A program made the translations under genes and the position numbers. 64,000 bases of DNA from Lingula anatina. Taxonomy: Eukaryota; Animalia; Brachiopoda. The stretch is from the NCBI GenBank assembly GCA_051362555.1, contig CM120640.1, positions 53,112,788 to 53,176,787 on the forward strand. Direction: 5' to 3'. The notes beneath the pieces were generated by a model that ran no database searches, was not told the origin of the DNA, and was given only the letters and a program-made list of their open reading frames with translations. Positions 11,731 to 23,281 of the stretch are shown one piece after another (within the stretch, counting starts at the first letter, position 1; each line of letters begins with the position of its first letter).

Positions 11731-12620
11731 TGTTAGAGCTACTCGTCCCGCTGTTTTAAAATTCCGCTTTTTATGATAAGCCGGTCAAGGACCCGGATGT
11801 AGCGTTTCTTAGAGGTATGGATATGAAAAAAGCACAAGCGTATCAAATTGATACAATTCGTTGAGTGATTTGATTCGTGATGCGATTGAATTGGAAGACA
11901 TTAACTCTGGCGACGAGGTAGTGCAAAACTGTGAGCCAACTTTCTTTGAGAAAATGGAGGAAAAATGTGAAATTACGAATCGAACCATACAGAAGTCCGG
12001 AGACATTAGGGCCACGCTGGACGCTGGCTAGACAGATTTAAACTCTTCGCTGGTGGAAAATGATTGATCGTTTCAGAACCAACGGACGGAATGAATAATG
12101 AACAACGACAGAAAATTAAAAATACATGTCAGAAGAGACGCGCGCTTATGTTGCATTCAGCAGGGACAGGTGTACAAGATATTTTCAGGACTCTCCCAAA
12201 CACAGGTGAGAAACATGAATATACATAGACAGTTAACGCTTTAAAAGGAAGTGGATCACCAGAAAATGTGAGTATGGTGAAACCGAAGTCATTTGACAAA
12301 CCAACTCAGTCTAAACACCACGAGTTCAGACACGAAAAACGAGTAGAAACCCTCCGACTGAGAAAACAAGGAACGTTGGATCACTTTGCAAAAGTCTGCG
12401 AAACTTAAACTATTATTCAAGTAAATGACAGTTATGAACATGATAATCCAGGAGTGCATATACATTTGGTGTGGGAACAAATGCAATATACACAGACATG
12501 ATGGAAATAGAGATAGGCGGCGTTATTGCCAGATTCAGGTGCATATTGTAATATTATTGATGAAAATGCATGGGGAATGCTGAAATCCAAGAAAAATAAA
12601 TGTGGCTCATTGGAGGACCA
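11731..12620 (+). mobile_element. Degraded Gypsy/Ty3 LTR retrotransposon 5' fragment (possible LTR, PBS, gag, protease)
   Basis: PBS-like TGGCGACGAG at 11908-11917. Frameshifted gag-like peptides (TLGPRW.WLDRFKLF; RRALMLHSAGTGVQDIFRTLPNTG) and a retropepsin-like motif (IEIGGV..DSGAYCNIIDENAW) near 12500-12590. Boundaries are approximate. Confidence 0.75.
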
Positions 12621-13251
12621 CAAAACAAACAGTATTATTGTGATTTAATTCAAAAGCATCAACAGTATACTGGGGTTTGTTTTTGTGCACATGTAATTCT
12701 CTTTTTTTTTTAGTACATCTATATCTATGGAGTTTTCATGGTTCTTTTTTCAGAGTTTACATGTATGTAGCCAGCATGCTAGTTGAATTGAAACAGTTAC
12801 TGCATGGTTATTTATAATTTTGTTATAACTCTCCTTCATCTAAAAAAACAATGTTTTTTCATTCACTATTCAAGATTCATTCATTACAGAACTAGTGATT
12901 ATGTTTATTAATGTTAGGTTTGAAATAGTTTAAAAAAATGACAATGTATAATATTATTTAGGCTAAGGTGTGCAAAAATATTTTTGCCCCTCACCCCCCC
13001 CCCCCCATGTACATGCATAATTTATTCACAATTTTTGTGTTAGTTCGATGAGCAGCTTTCTTTAGTAAAAAAAATAATGTTTGTTCTTTTTTCTTTACAT
13101 GTATATAAGTGATATTTCCCCCTGCTTAGTGTCTGTATATTTGCCTTTTTGCAGTGTAGTTTTTTTAAACATACATTGTTTTGTACAAAAAGACAAGAGG
13201 TTTCTTATTTATTAAATTTATTGACATTCTATTTACTGTTGATTTGGTTAC

Positions 13252-13252
<1 letters not shown>

Positions 13253-13294
<42 letters not shown>
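13253..13294. repeat. (TA)n microsatellite
   Basis: About 21 consecutive TA units. Confidence 0.95.
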
Positions 13295-13302
<8 letters not shown>

Positions 13303-13684
13303 CTTTGAACATAATTGAACCAATTTTAACTTTAACTAAAAAATGAAGTCATAAATAAAGTGATTCAGGCTTTTTTAAACTGAAAACATCCTGTAGAACT
13401 TAATGTACAGGGTTAATATAAGGTTCATTCATAAATAAGTTTTATGTAACTAATTAAATATTCAGATAATATAATTTTCAGACTTGATCTCAAGTAGGAA
13501 TTTTCAGAAATTAAATTTGGCCATGAAATTGGCCATGAAATCACCACTATGATATAATAAAGAATATATTTTGTGTTGCAGACAGAAATTGTTATCGTTG
13601 TTGTTTTTGCTTATAATTTCATAAAGTTAATCACTTACTTTAAAATAAAAAAAATTAATTTTGGGCCTATGCAGGGCCAATAAG

Positions 13685-14378
13685 CAGGGATGCTAGTCTT
13701 CCGGTTTTTACCGGAATTCCGGTTTTTTGCGTCCAGTTATAAAATTTTCTGGTACTATATTTTGTTCCGGAATTCTCGTTTTTAACGTGGTCGCGGACTG
13801 GACGAACGATGTGTCAGAGGAACGTCGCATTTCAACCATTGCGACAGAGCTGCGTTTCAACACAATATCTAGTCACAACCGTAGCACGTGATTTATTTAT
13901 GGCGCTTGATTGGTTGGAAATGTAGGCTTTAATGTCAGCACCCATGTGGAAAGTTTTGACACCGTGTGCGCGGAATTTTGAACTAAACCAAACTAAATGG
14001 ATTTCGCGGAGAGGGGAACAGACGATATTAGCCATTACCAATCTTTGAAAATGATAAATGAAAGGGATTAACATTTAGTGACTATCATTATCATGCTGGT
14101 GATTATCAAGCTTACGTGAGGGATCATTACTGTCTACTATGGGTGGTAGGTGTTTATGTACTGATGGCACTTCCATCTTGTCAATGTCAAGATTATCCTT
14201 GGAAACAACTGTTGAAAATTACCATGAAGTTGTGATGACATATATTGCAATATATTTATTAAATAAAATTTGAAATATAGTAATTGTTTCATAATCAATT
14301 TGTACCCCCCCCCCCCCCCCCCCGGTCTTTGCCAAAAAAAAGTTCAGGTTTTCTTTCCGGACCCCACTAGCATCCCTG
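13685..14378. mobile_element. MITE with CAGGGATGCTAGT TIRs and 6-bp TSD, nested in the EnSpm-like element
   Basis: Perfect 13-bp TIR CAGGGATGCTAGT / ACTAGCATCCCTG; AATAAG is duplicated at 13679-13684 and 14379-14384. Confidence 0.85.
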
Positions 14379-15056
14379 AATAAGCTGGTTGGCATAATTA
14401 CAATGGGCCAACGTCGGCCCAACGTCATAACCCTGATGCTGGGCCACCATCGGGCCAACCATTACCCACCGTCGGGCCAACGTCGGCCCATCATCGGGCC
14501 AACGTCAGCTGGTTGGCAAAACGACGTTGGCCCGACGTCGGGCCAACAGATGGCGGATGAGCACGGACGTCGGCCCGATGCTGGCACCTGCGCTGGCCCG
14601 ACGTCGGCCCAGTGCACTGGTCGGCCTTACGACGTTGGCCCGACGTCGTAAGGCCAACCATGCCGACGTTGGCCCAGAGTCGGGCCAACGCCTTGTTGCT
14701 ATCTGGGATCAGTTTAAATCCATTGTCAATTCTAAGCCCACGTGATCAGTTTAAAAGGCTTGCATAATCAACTGACATTTTTTGTCAATTTTACATTTTT
14801 ACAATTTTGTCATATATATGGAACAACATCTGGTTATGGGAAAACACCGACAGTTTATCTTCTTTATCCAGCATGCAGAGCATAATTAAACGATCACTAT
14901 TCACTGTTACCACATAAGTTTCAAGCTTTGGTTGATTTATGATGCCCTTGTTGCTTTGTTGTGTCTTGTGTGATGCTTTGTGCATTTATTGCTCACCTAA
15001 CACAATGTGATTGTCATTGAATGGCGAAAGTTGCTCCCTGTTTACCATATGACTAA

Positions 15057-15750
15057 GACTGGGTTTCCATCCCTAGATCGATCTAACAGGATCGATCCAT
15101 CTCCATGGGGTTTCTCACTAAATTGCATAAGTGGCTTAGATGTTGGCACGCCTGCTTAAGCTGCTAAACCGATAGTTAATTACCCTTTATCAGCTTAAGT
15201 TGGCGTGACAGACATCTAAGGTATAGATAAAGCACGAGGCGCTGAGCTTTACGAGAAATGGAGCAGATAATTGGCGAGGCGAAGCCAAGACAATTATCTG
15301 CTCTATTTCTCGTAAAGCTCAGCGCCGAGTGCTTTATCTGGCTTAAAGCACGATTCGTTAACCCTGTGCACTGGTGCATGGAATGCATTTGTGGATGACG
15401 TGACTTTACGCGAAATAAAGCACGGCGCGACCTATTGTCTTTTGACAGGAGAGTGCTTTAAGCCACTTAAGTTTATTGCAAGTAAGCAAGAATCCTCTTG
15501 GAGTTAGTATGATAGTCTCTGAGAATGGTCTCTAACACCCCATTTCCATAGATTAGATCGACCTACTTTAGATCGACCTAACTCCCTGGGGGTTCACGCT
15601 AAATGGCTGTCAGCCGGGCGGACACAAAAGTTAATTACACCCTTACGGCTTGTAGTAGGCGGGACGGACATTTAAGTCGGATTATCTGAAAGTAATCTAG
15701 TGAGACTCCCCGCGGGGATAGATAGATCTAAAATCTATGGGAATAGAGCC
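15057..15750. mobile_element. PIF/Harbinger-like MITE
   Basis: TAA on both flanks, imperfect TIRs (GACTGGGTTTCCAT versus the reverse complement GGCTCTATTCCCAT) and repeated TAGATCGA motifs. A related inverted copy lies at 31530-31720. Confidence 0.65.
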
Positions 15751-16009
15751 TAAGCAGCACTACTGTAAAAGTTACATGTAGAATGTATTTAGAAAATTAG
15801 CTAGCATTGAGGTGAACACAGTGTATGTTTTCTGTGTAATTTTATCTCACAGCCATGGCCATGCCATATTTCAGTGCTCTTGGCAATCTATTGCAGATTT
15901 ACAGTCTATCCATGGCCATTTAGTTATAATAGTTTTTGTATTAATTCTCATTTTGGTTTGCTATTATATAAAAAACAGCCTTAACTGACCAAATATCAAT
16001 CAACCTATA

Positions 16010-17734
16010 TAGTAGGCTTGTTAAGAGGTCAAACGCTGCATTTTATAGTACAAATGTCTAACTTGGCATAAATGTACCTTGGGCCAAAAGAAAATTTTTT
16101 ATCCAAAGAGACGCCCTCTATCGATACATTAATTAGCATAAATTATGCAAATTATGTGCCAAAATATATAATATTTCATATTTCCATTAATTTTTGGCCT
16201 AGAAACATGTGTAGATTATCAAACCTGACTAAATAAGGGACAAGGAACCCTTTTCTGATCATTTGGAAGCAATTGGTGGCCATTTTGTGCCTCAAATCCA
16301 AGATGGCCGCCACCCACCATTTTGAAAATGGACATAATTTTGCTATTTTATGTTGAATTTTGAAGCGTTTGGAATAACTATACTTGATATATATATAGAT
16401 TCCTACTATTTTGGGGGTGCAAAAGTCATTTTTGATATTGTTATGGTGATAGTAGGTGATTTGAAGAAACAAAGAGGGTGATTTAAGTGCCTACCAAGAT
16501 ATGTGTGAAGACTGCAAAACCATGGATATTGATAACCCGTATTCAAATATATCTCAATGCAATTTTTTGTTATATACTATCCATAATGGACTAAATTATG
16601 AGCAAAAAAAACTCATTTTTACCATTATGGAGGCCATTTTGGCCATTTTGTCCCTCAAATCCAAGATGGCCGCCAAAAACCATTTTGAAATTGGGCATAA
16701 TTCGCTATTTTGAAACTATATGTATTACATCTTTGTAAATGAGTAATACGTCGTTTTATATTATTTTCTGGTGTAGAATACATTATTTGTTTCATCAAGT
16801 TTGTGCCTCAAATCCAAGATGACCCTCATACGCCATTTTCAAATTGAGCATTATTCACCATTTAGAAACTATCACACCTTCATAAGCGTGCCATACGTCA
16901 TTTTTGATTATTTCCTGGTGCAGAATGCATTTTCGGTTTCATAAAATGTAAATAGAAACTTTTATAAGCCTCCAAATAAATATAGGATTCAGTCGCCACA
17001 TGGGCCTGCAGTTTATATGTACAATTAGTAATCCAATTAGTGCAAAACTGCTTTTGCCCGATCTATAAAACAAGTGTCAGCAAACAAAATGGCTGCATTA
17101 AAGCAAAATAATACATCTTTGACCGCATGAGGATAATTGTTAGCCATAATTTTGATCAAAACCAAGTGTTGGTTGCATGCCGCTATTTTAATAATTTGGT
17201 GTAATTTATAACCTTTAAACTGTGGGCTTGTCTTAGGTAAAATGGTACTATTCTGGGGGCTCAAAAGTAATTTTCCGGTGCTAATTTGGTGAGAGAAGAT
17301 AATAAAAAGGTACCGTAATATAAGGTTGTAAAATAAATTCCAAGATGAGTTTCGTTGAGTCTGTAACAAAAATGTGGAACCCGAACCACATGCTCCAATA
17401 TATCATCTAGATTTATCTTAAGTGACCATCCACTAAAAGATACTGAATAATTTAAAGGTAAGCAATAAATATATATACATAGTGGTATTATATTATTAAT
17501 CTTTTACTGGTCAATGTGAACCAAAAAGCCACATGTACATTTATGTCCCAGTCACTGGGGCTTGCATTTGCATGTTAAATATAGTCCAGAAAATTTGAAG
17601 GGTGAAATATGTGTCGTCTTATAATACTATGGAACTTGGTTAGTTGTACTGATGCGAAAATGCCCGTGAAAGACAAGCAAATGGACTTTGCTTTGAAATA
17701 GCTCCAGATCTTTCTGCAAAATCATCCAGCAGCA

Positions 17735-17776
<42 letters not shown>

Positions 17777-19750
17777 ATGCATGATCAGCTCTGGTAGGCC
17801 AATAAGACAACAGCCAGTAAGAATTGAGGTTTTGTCAGTGTCCTATGAGAAACAGCCAAGCAATATATTAAAATCCAGTTTCCAGAGAAACAAATCAATG
17901 CATGAGAACATGTCGCATCAGAGGAAAGTGGTATCTTTACACAAAAGAAGGAATCTGCAAAACCAACTAGAAAGCAGCAGCTGCGCAGGTAGGCAAGAGG
18001 GATAAAGCAAAAAAGTCGAGGAAGCAACCTCTTTTCCAAGTTGACAGTGCCAGTAATCATTCCTAGCATGATTTGGCCAGACAAGTCTACTCACTACCAA
18101 TAGAAATCCATAAGGCAACTACATAGTTCTCATTGTTTCCAATGGACGAACAAGCACAAAACATCTACAGTATATGACAACTACACGAAAATTCATCTTG
18201 GAATCAATTTAAAATACCTTATGCCTTTGTTATTATCCTCTGTCACCAGAATAACACCGGAAATTAATTACGTACTTCCAAAATAGTATCAATTGATGTA
18301 TTACGATCATATATGAAAGTCCAACAGCTCAAAAAGGTAACCCGAAATTATGCCATCATTTTAAAATAGTGAAAGGCTCTTGGATATGAACAACAGAATA
18401 GCTAACAGTAGTCACCATAAAGTCGAATCAGCCATGCTGGTCTCTTGCACTTAATCTATGTCTGGCAAAACCATTTTATAATTGTTATATAACATATTTT
18501 TGCACAAATTTGACTTCAAGACGTATACAAGCGAAGGTGCAGACGTAAGCCTGTATTGGTGTTGGAGCCTTGTAATATTTTCTTTTTGTATTATATCTCA
18601 GAAGAGATAAGACACGACTTCTACAACACAAATGATAAGAAACGATGTATAACATGCTAGTGTAATAGCAATAGCTTCAAATTGATGAGTTATGCCTTAC
18701 CCGTATTTCAAAATTGTGACTGGCGGCCATCTTGGATTTGAGGATCAAAATGACTAACAATTGTCTCCAAAGCACCAAGTATGTGTTCTTTACCTTTTTT
18801 GCCATTTTGGTCTTTGACGCTTGTTTCAAGCTCTTTGGGATTTAATAAAACATTTTGTACTAATTAGACTACATGGCACATGTAAGTCTATTTGACAACT
18901 TAAGCTTACATGTATATTGATTTTGGAGGCTAAAATAGTTTGTACTCACATTTCATGAAACAGATAATGTATTCTGCAACAGAAAATAATATAAAACGAC
19001 GTATTACTCATTTACAAAGATGTAATACATATAGTTTCAAAATAGCGAATTATGCCCAATTTCAAAATGGTTTTTGGCGGCCATCTTGGATTTGAGGGAT
19101 AAAACGGCCACCAATGGCCTCCATAATGGTAAAAATGTGTTTTTTTGCTCATAATATAGTCCAACAGCGATGGTATATAACAAAAAATTGCATTGAGATA
19201 TATTTGAATACGGGTTATTAATATCCATGGTTTTGCAGCGTTCACACATATCTTGGTAGGCACTTAAAACACCCTCTTTGTTCCTTCAAATCATCTACTA
19301 TCACCATAACAATATCAAAAATGACTTTTGCACCCCCAAAATAGTAAGAATCGATAATTATATCAAGTATAGTTAGACCAAACGCTTCAAAATTCAACAT
19401 AAAATAGCAAAATTATGTCCACTTTCAAAATGGCGGGTGGCGGCCATCTTGGATTTGAGGCACAAAATGGCCACCAATTGCTTCCAAATGATCAAAAATG
19501 GGTTCCTTGTCCCTTATTTAGTCAGGTTTGATAATCTACACATGTTTCTAGGCCAAAAATTAATGGAAATATGAAATATTATATATTTTGGCACATAATT
19601 TGCATAATTTATGCTAATTAATGTATCGATAGAGGGCGTCTCTTTGGATAAAAAATTTTCTTTTGGCCCAAGGAACATTTATGCCAAGTTAGACATTTGT
19701 ACTACAAAATGCAGCGTTTGGCCATTTTTTGGTCCTTAACAAGCCTACTA
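16010..19750. mobile_element. Non-autonomous Academ-like DNA transposon with ~790-bp terminal inverted repeats
   Basis: 16010-16795 is the near-identical reverse complement of 18955-19750; the ORFs at 16501+ and 19249- are mirror copies. Termini are TAG...CTA with a 3-bp TSD ATA. No intact transposase ORF. Confidence 0.8.
17736..17775 (+). repeat. Poly(A) tract of 40 nt
   Basis: Read directly; located near the centre of the long-TIR element. Confidence 0.9.
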
Positions 19751-20779
19751 ATATATTCTGTTTGTCAGTTTACTTAATTAATGTATTCATATACTACGGA
19801 ATATGAAAGAGATATAGATAAGAATGTTCTTCAGAATGTTGACAGCATGTACATCAAAGAATTCGAAGCACTTGCCTAGCCTAGGATTTTTCATGTTTAT
19901 TTTACTGATAAGGTCTACTCTAGGGAGTGGTTTGGACTTCCTTCAATAGTTGGGGCTGGTTTGCCTCATCCCTGATTAAACTTTAGCTGTGTGCCTGAAT
20001 GCTCTCATTATAGTGTGTCTGAAATTTATGCAGAAATGTGCATGCAAATGTTCACAATTTGCTGTGATGTTGATTTAGCATGTGTTCTCCATGCAGCAAC
20101 ATGAGTACAGATATGGAATTTTCATTGTGTTTCAACTGAACCATCATGGATATCATTTTGAGTTGTACCTGCTTATTGTCTCCATATATCCAACGATTTA
20201 AGGGATAACAGTTTAGTAATTGGTATGATACTGACAGATGCATAGCTTGGTAATTTTTACAGTTGTACCAGTATATAATTTAGCAAGACCATGTTATTGT
20301 ATGAGAATGAGACCATTGGTTGCATTTGGATGGAAAATTAAAATACTTTTTTCCAGTCATCTTTGGTTTGTCTTTTACTGACTGGTAATGCATACAGTTT
20401 TGGAGGTGCGCTATGTGTCCTGCCCCCCCCCCCCCCCCAAAAAAAATGAATAAATAAATAAAATAAAATGATAATAATAATCAGTTGCATGCATTGAAAC
20501 TCTTGATTTAATTACATGCATATGGCTTCATAATCAATACATAGGTGTTGAAGTGAATAGTTGACACATCTAACATTAGAAGTGTGAAGAGTTAATAGAT
20601 AATATGGTTGATTTTATCATTTGAAGCAGAAGGTCTGGAAGGTGACATGCAATCTCACAAAGGATGGATAAAAAGAAAAAGAAGGAACACAAATCTTTCT
20701 GATTGCTGATTGATGCCATTCCAGATGTTCAGACAGTTTTAAAGTAAAAAAATAATAGTAACACCAAAATGAAGTACCA

Positions 20780-21683
20780 CACAATATTTTGAACTCAAAC
20801 GAAATGAAAAAGACTAATGCAATGTCAAAATGGGAACTCCTTTCTAAAGAACCTCTCACAGCTGAAGAGTGGAAAATCTTGAATAACATTCCTTTCCAAT
20901 GTACTTTAGATACTAAACTGCGCTGGTTTCAATTTAGAGTATCAAAAAGAATTTTAGCTACAAATAATTTTTTACGAAAAATTGGGATAAAAGACACAGA
21001 GACCTGCTCCTTCTGTAACGAACACCCTGAAACTCTTCAACACTTATTTATTGAGTGCAAAGTAATTGCTCCCCTTTGGGCAAAAATACAAGACTGGATC
21101 CATTTAAAGACTGGACTTGTATTACAATTAACAGCATCTGATATAATTCTAGGAATTCCAAATTTGAAATGCAATGCGCTCAACAGTTTGCTGATCATAA
21201 CAAAATTTATTATATATAAATTTAAAATGAAAAACATTACCCCGAACATAGAAAATACTAAAATAGAATGGAGACAGGCCTACATCGCAGAGAGAAATAT
21301 AAGTCTGAGAAACATGACAATAGATAAATTTAATGAAAAATGGAAAAAGCTGCAGCCTCTCTTCCTGGACTGATATCTTCTATCTGCGTATGTTCCCCTG
21401 GCGATATTTGATAGTAAAACACATATTTGTTTTTATCTGTATTAGATCATATTATTTATTAAGTATTATTAAGTATTTTACTATTAGGTTATCAATATAT
21501 CGTTGTTGACATATATTTTAAATGACACAGTACCTATATATATATATATATTGCAAATGACTGAGTGTCTCTTTGTGAGTGAGTGAGTGAGTGAAAGAGT
21601 GAGTGTGATTTTTATTTAGTTATTTACCAATTTTGTATTTTTTGTTGAGATCTGTACTTATTTGAGATATGCAATAAAAAAAA
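20780..21683 (+). mobile_element. 5'-truncated L1/Tx1-clade non-LTR retrotransposon (ORF2 C-terminus, 3' UTR, poly(A))
   Basis: ORF 20789-21373 has the zf-RVT-type motif (KLRWFQFRV..RILATN..L....CSFC...ETLQHLFIEC). It ends with AATAAA and an A-tail, and the TSD AAAATGAAGTACCA occurs at 20766-20779 and 21684-21697. Confidence 0.92.
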
Positions 21684-23134
21684 AAAATGAAGTACCAGGA
21701 TAATCTGTATAGGTATCACTGAATTACTGATAAGGTCTAAAACAGAATAATAACTGTAGATGGAAAAAAAAATTAAAACCCTTTATGCTTTTCATTTGAT
21801 ACTTTTGATATTTTTAGCCAGAGCTCTGTATTGACTACATATGATTAAGATACTAGTTCAAAGCGCATGTTACCAAAATTATTTAATTATTTAATCCAGC
21901 AAATAATATAATATTTTTTTCAGTAAATTAGGAGATTAACAAAGAGTTAACTTTTTTTTTTTAATTTATTAAAAAATTATTGACGCAACTTCAATTTCAT
22001 AAATTTTCTCACGTTATCCACTTACGCTTTTTGTCAGAAAGAAAAACATTTTTATGGCCAGTCTGGTTTGCAAATGGCCCTTTACTTTTTGATCATTATA
22101 AAAACACAATGACCAGTGGACACCGGATACCCAGATATTCCTGTAAGAAACGGAGCCCACCTCAGAGCTGAGAAAAGCTTTGTGAACGTTAATGACTTTC
22201 AAACAGTGTTCAAATCTTTCACTTGTCCGAGGGTAGTGGGTAGGGTATTCCCTTACATGGCCCTGTAGGGGACCTGCTGCAAGCTTGACATCATGTACAA
22301 ATAAGGCATCTTTCTGTGCTTCACAAGCCATTAGACAAGCAAAACAAATGTGCCTCGATGTGTTTACAATTTACACAACATTGAGCATAGAAGTACAACA
22401 GTTTAGATGCGGTGTGTTTAAACTTCACACCATGGGAGTGGAATTGCCCAAGTGAGGAAATATCTGGACTCTGGGTTGATTTAGTAGAATCATGTTTGTC
22501 CAGACTGGACCTGTTGTTTTTCTTTTGCATAATTCAGGTCATACAGTAGAAGTGGACAATTAACTGCCCTCTTCACGCTTATGATTGGAAAACCTGTGTG
22601 CCGGCCGGACCGTGACTTGGGGGTCACATACCTGTGCACACCCCGTATTGATTTTGTAACTTAAATCAAAAGCACCGCCCCACTCCAGCTAGGAAGTAGT
22701 ACTGAAATGGTCCAAATAGGAATAATGTATCAGGTGATGTTCTGGGTGTAATTGTTCCGTTTTCTATAAAAAAACTTCTTGAACTCGATAATTTCTAATT
22801 GAAATGTGTGAAATAAACATGAGAAAAATTACAAAAGAGTGTCTTTTCCCACCTGATGAAAATTAGAAATGCCACAGTTATTGATAATATATCTCATTAC
22901 ATAAGATAAACATAAGCTGCACCCACTGTTTCCCCCTGTTGAGCCCTCCATTGGCCAATGGTTCTTGATGCACCCAAACACTGGGGCAAGCTTAGAAACA
23001 CACCTGACCTCTGGCAGGTGCACTGAGAACAGTAACAACTGGGATAAAAACATGCTATTTACACAGTCATTCAACAGTGGATAATTTTGGTGTTTTGCAG
23101 AATATGGCACAATTTGGTCTGTGACTTCTCCCAG

Positions 23135-23281
23135 GTAAAATTGGACAGACAAACAAAGTAAATTTGGTTCAAGGAAAGACCCCTACCCTCCTGGCATTTG
23201 TGGATGCACTGAAAAGGGGAGTTCAGTTCATGAACCTCACAGACCACACAGAGGATGCTGACTTAGCAGCAACTCGTGAGG
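23135..23281 (+). other. Candidate upstream (5' UTR or alternative) exon of the ABTB2-like gene
   Basis: Consensus donor G|gtaagt at 23282 and possible acceptor cttctcccag at 23134, in a GC-richer segment. Confidence 0.3.

Larger units (their letters stand above)
11120..14707. mobile_element. Non-autonomous CMC/EnSpm-like DNA transposon with subterminal palindromic repeat arrays
   Basis: TIR CCCAGATAGCAA / TTGCTATCTGGG with 2-bp TSD AT. Arrays of TTGGCCCGACGT/CGGGCCAACG motifs occupy ~11135-11450 and ~14385-14690. Confidence 0.8.

Noticed and set aside
17781-18118. Short ORFs in the centre of the long-TIR element as a transposase or retrocopy
   Set aside because: No recognisable motif, multiple stops, and no TSD found around the poly(A) tract.
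16176-19263. Paired ORFs containing KMAA motifs (16176-, 16501+, 19012-, 19037-)
   Set aside because: These are translations of the AAGATGGCCGCC repeat in the two TIR arms, not genes.
16011-19749. Polinton/Maverick interpretation (AGTAG...CTACT ends, long TIRs)
   Set aside because: The 6-bp flanks do not match (ctatat versus aatata) and there are no polymerase or integrase remnants. TAG...CTA with a 3-bp TSD fits better.
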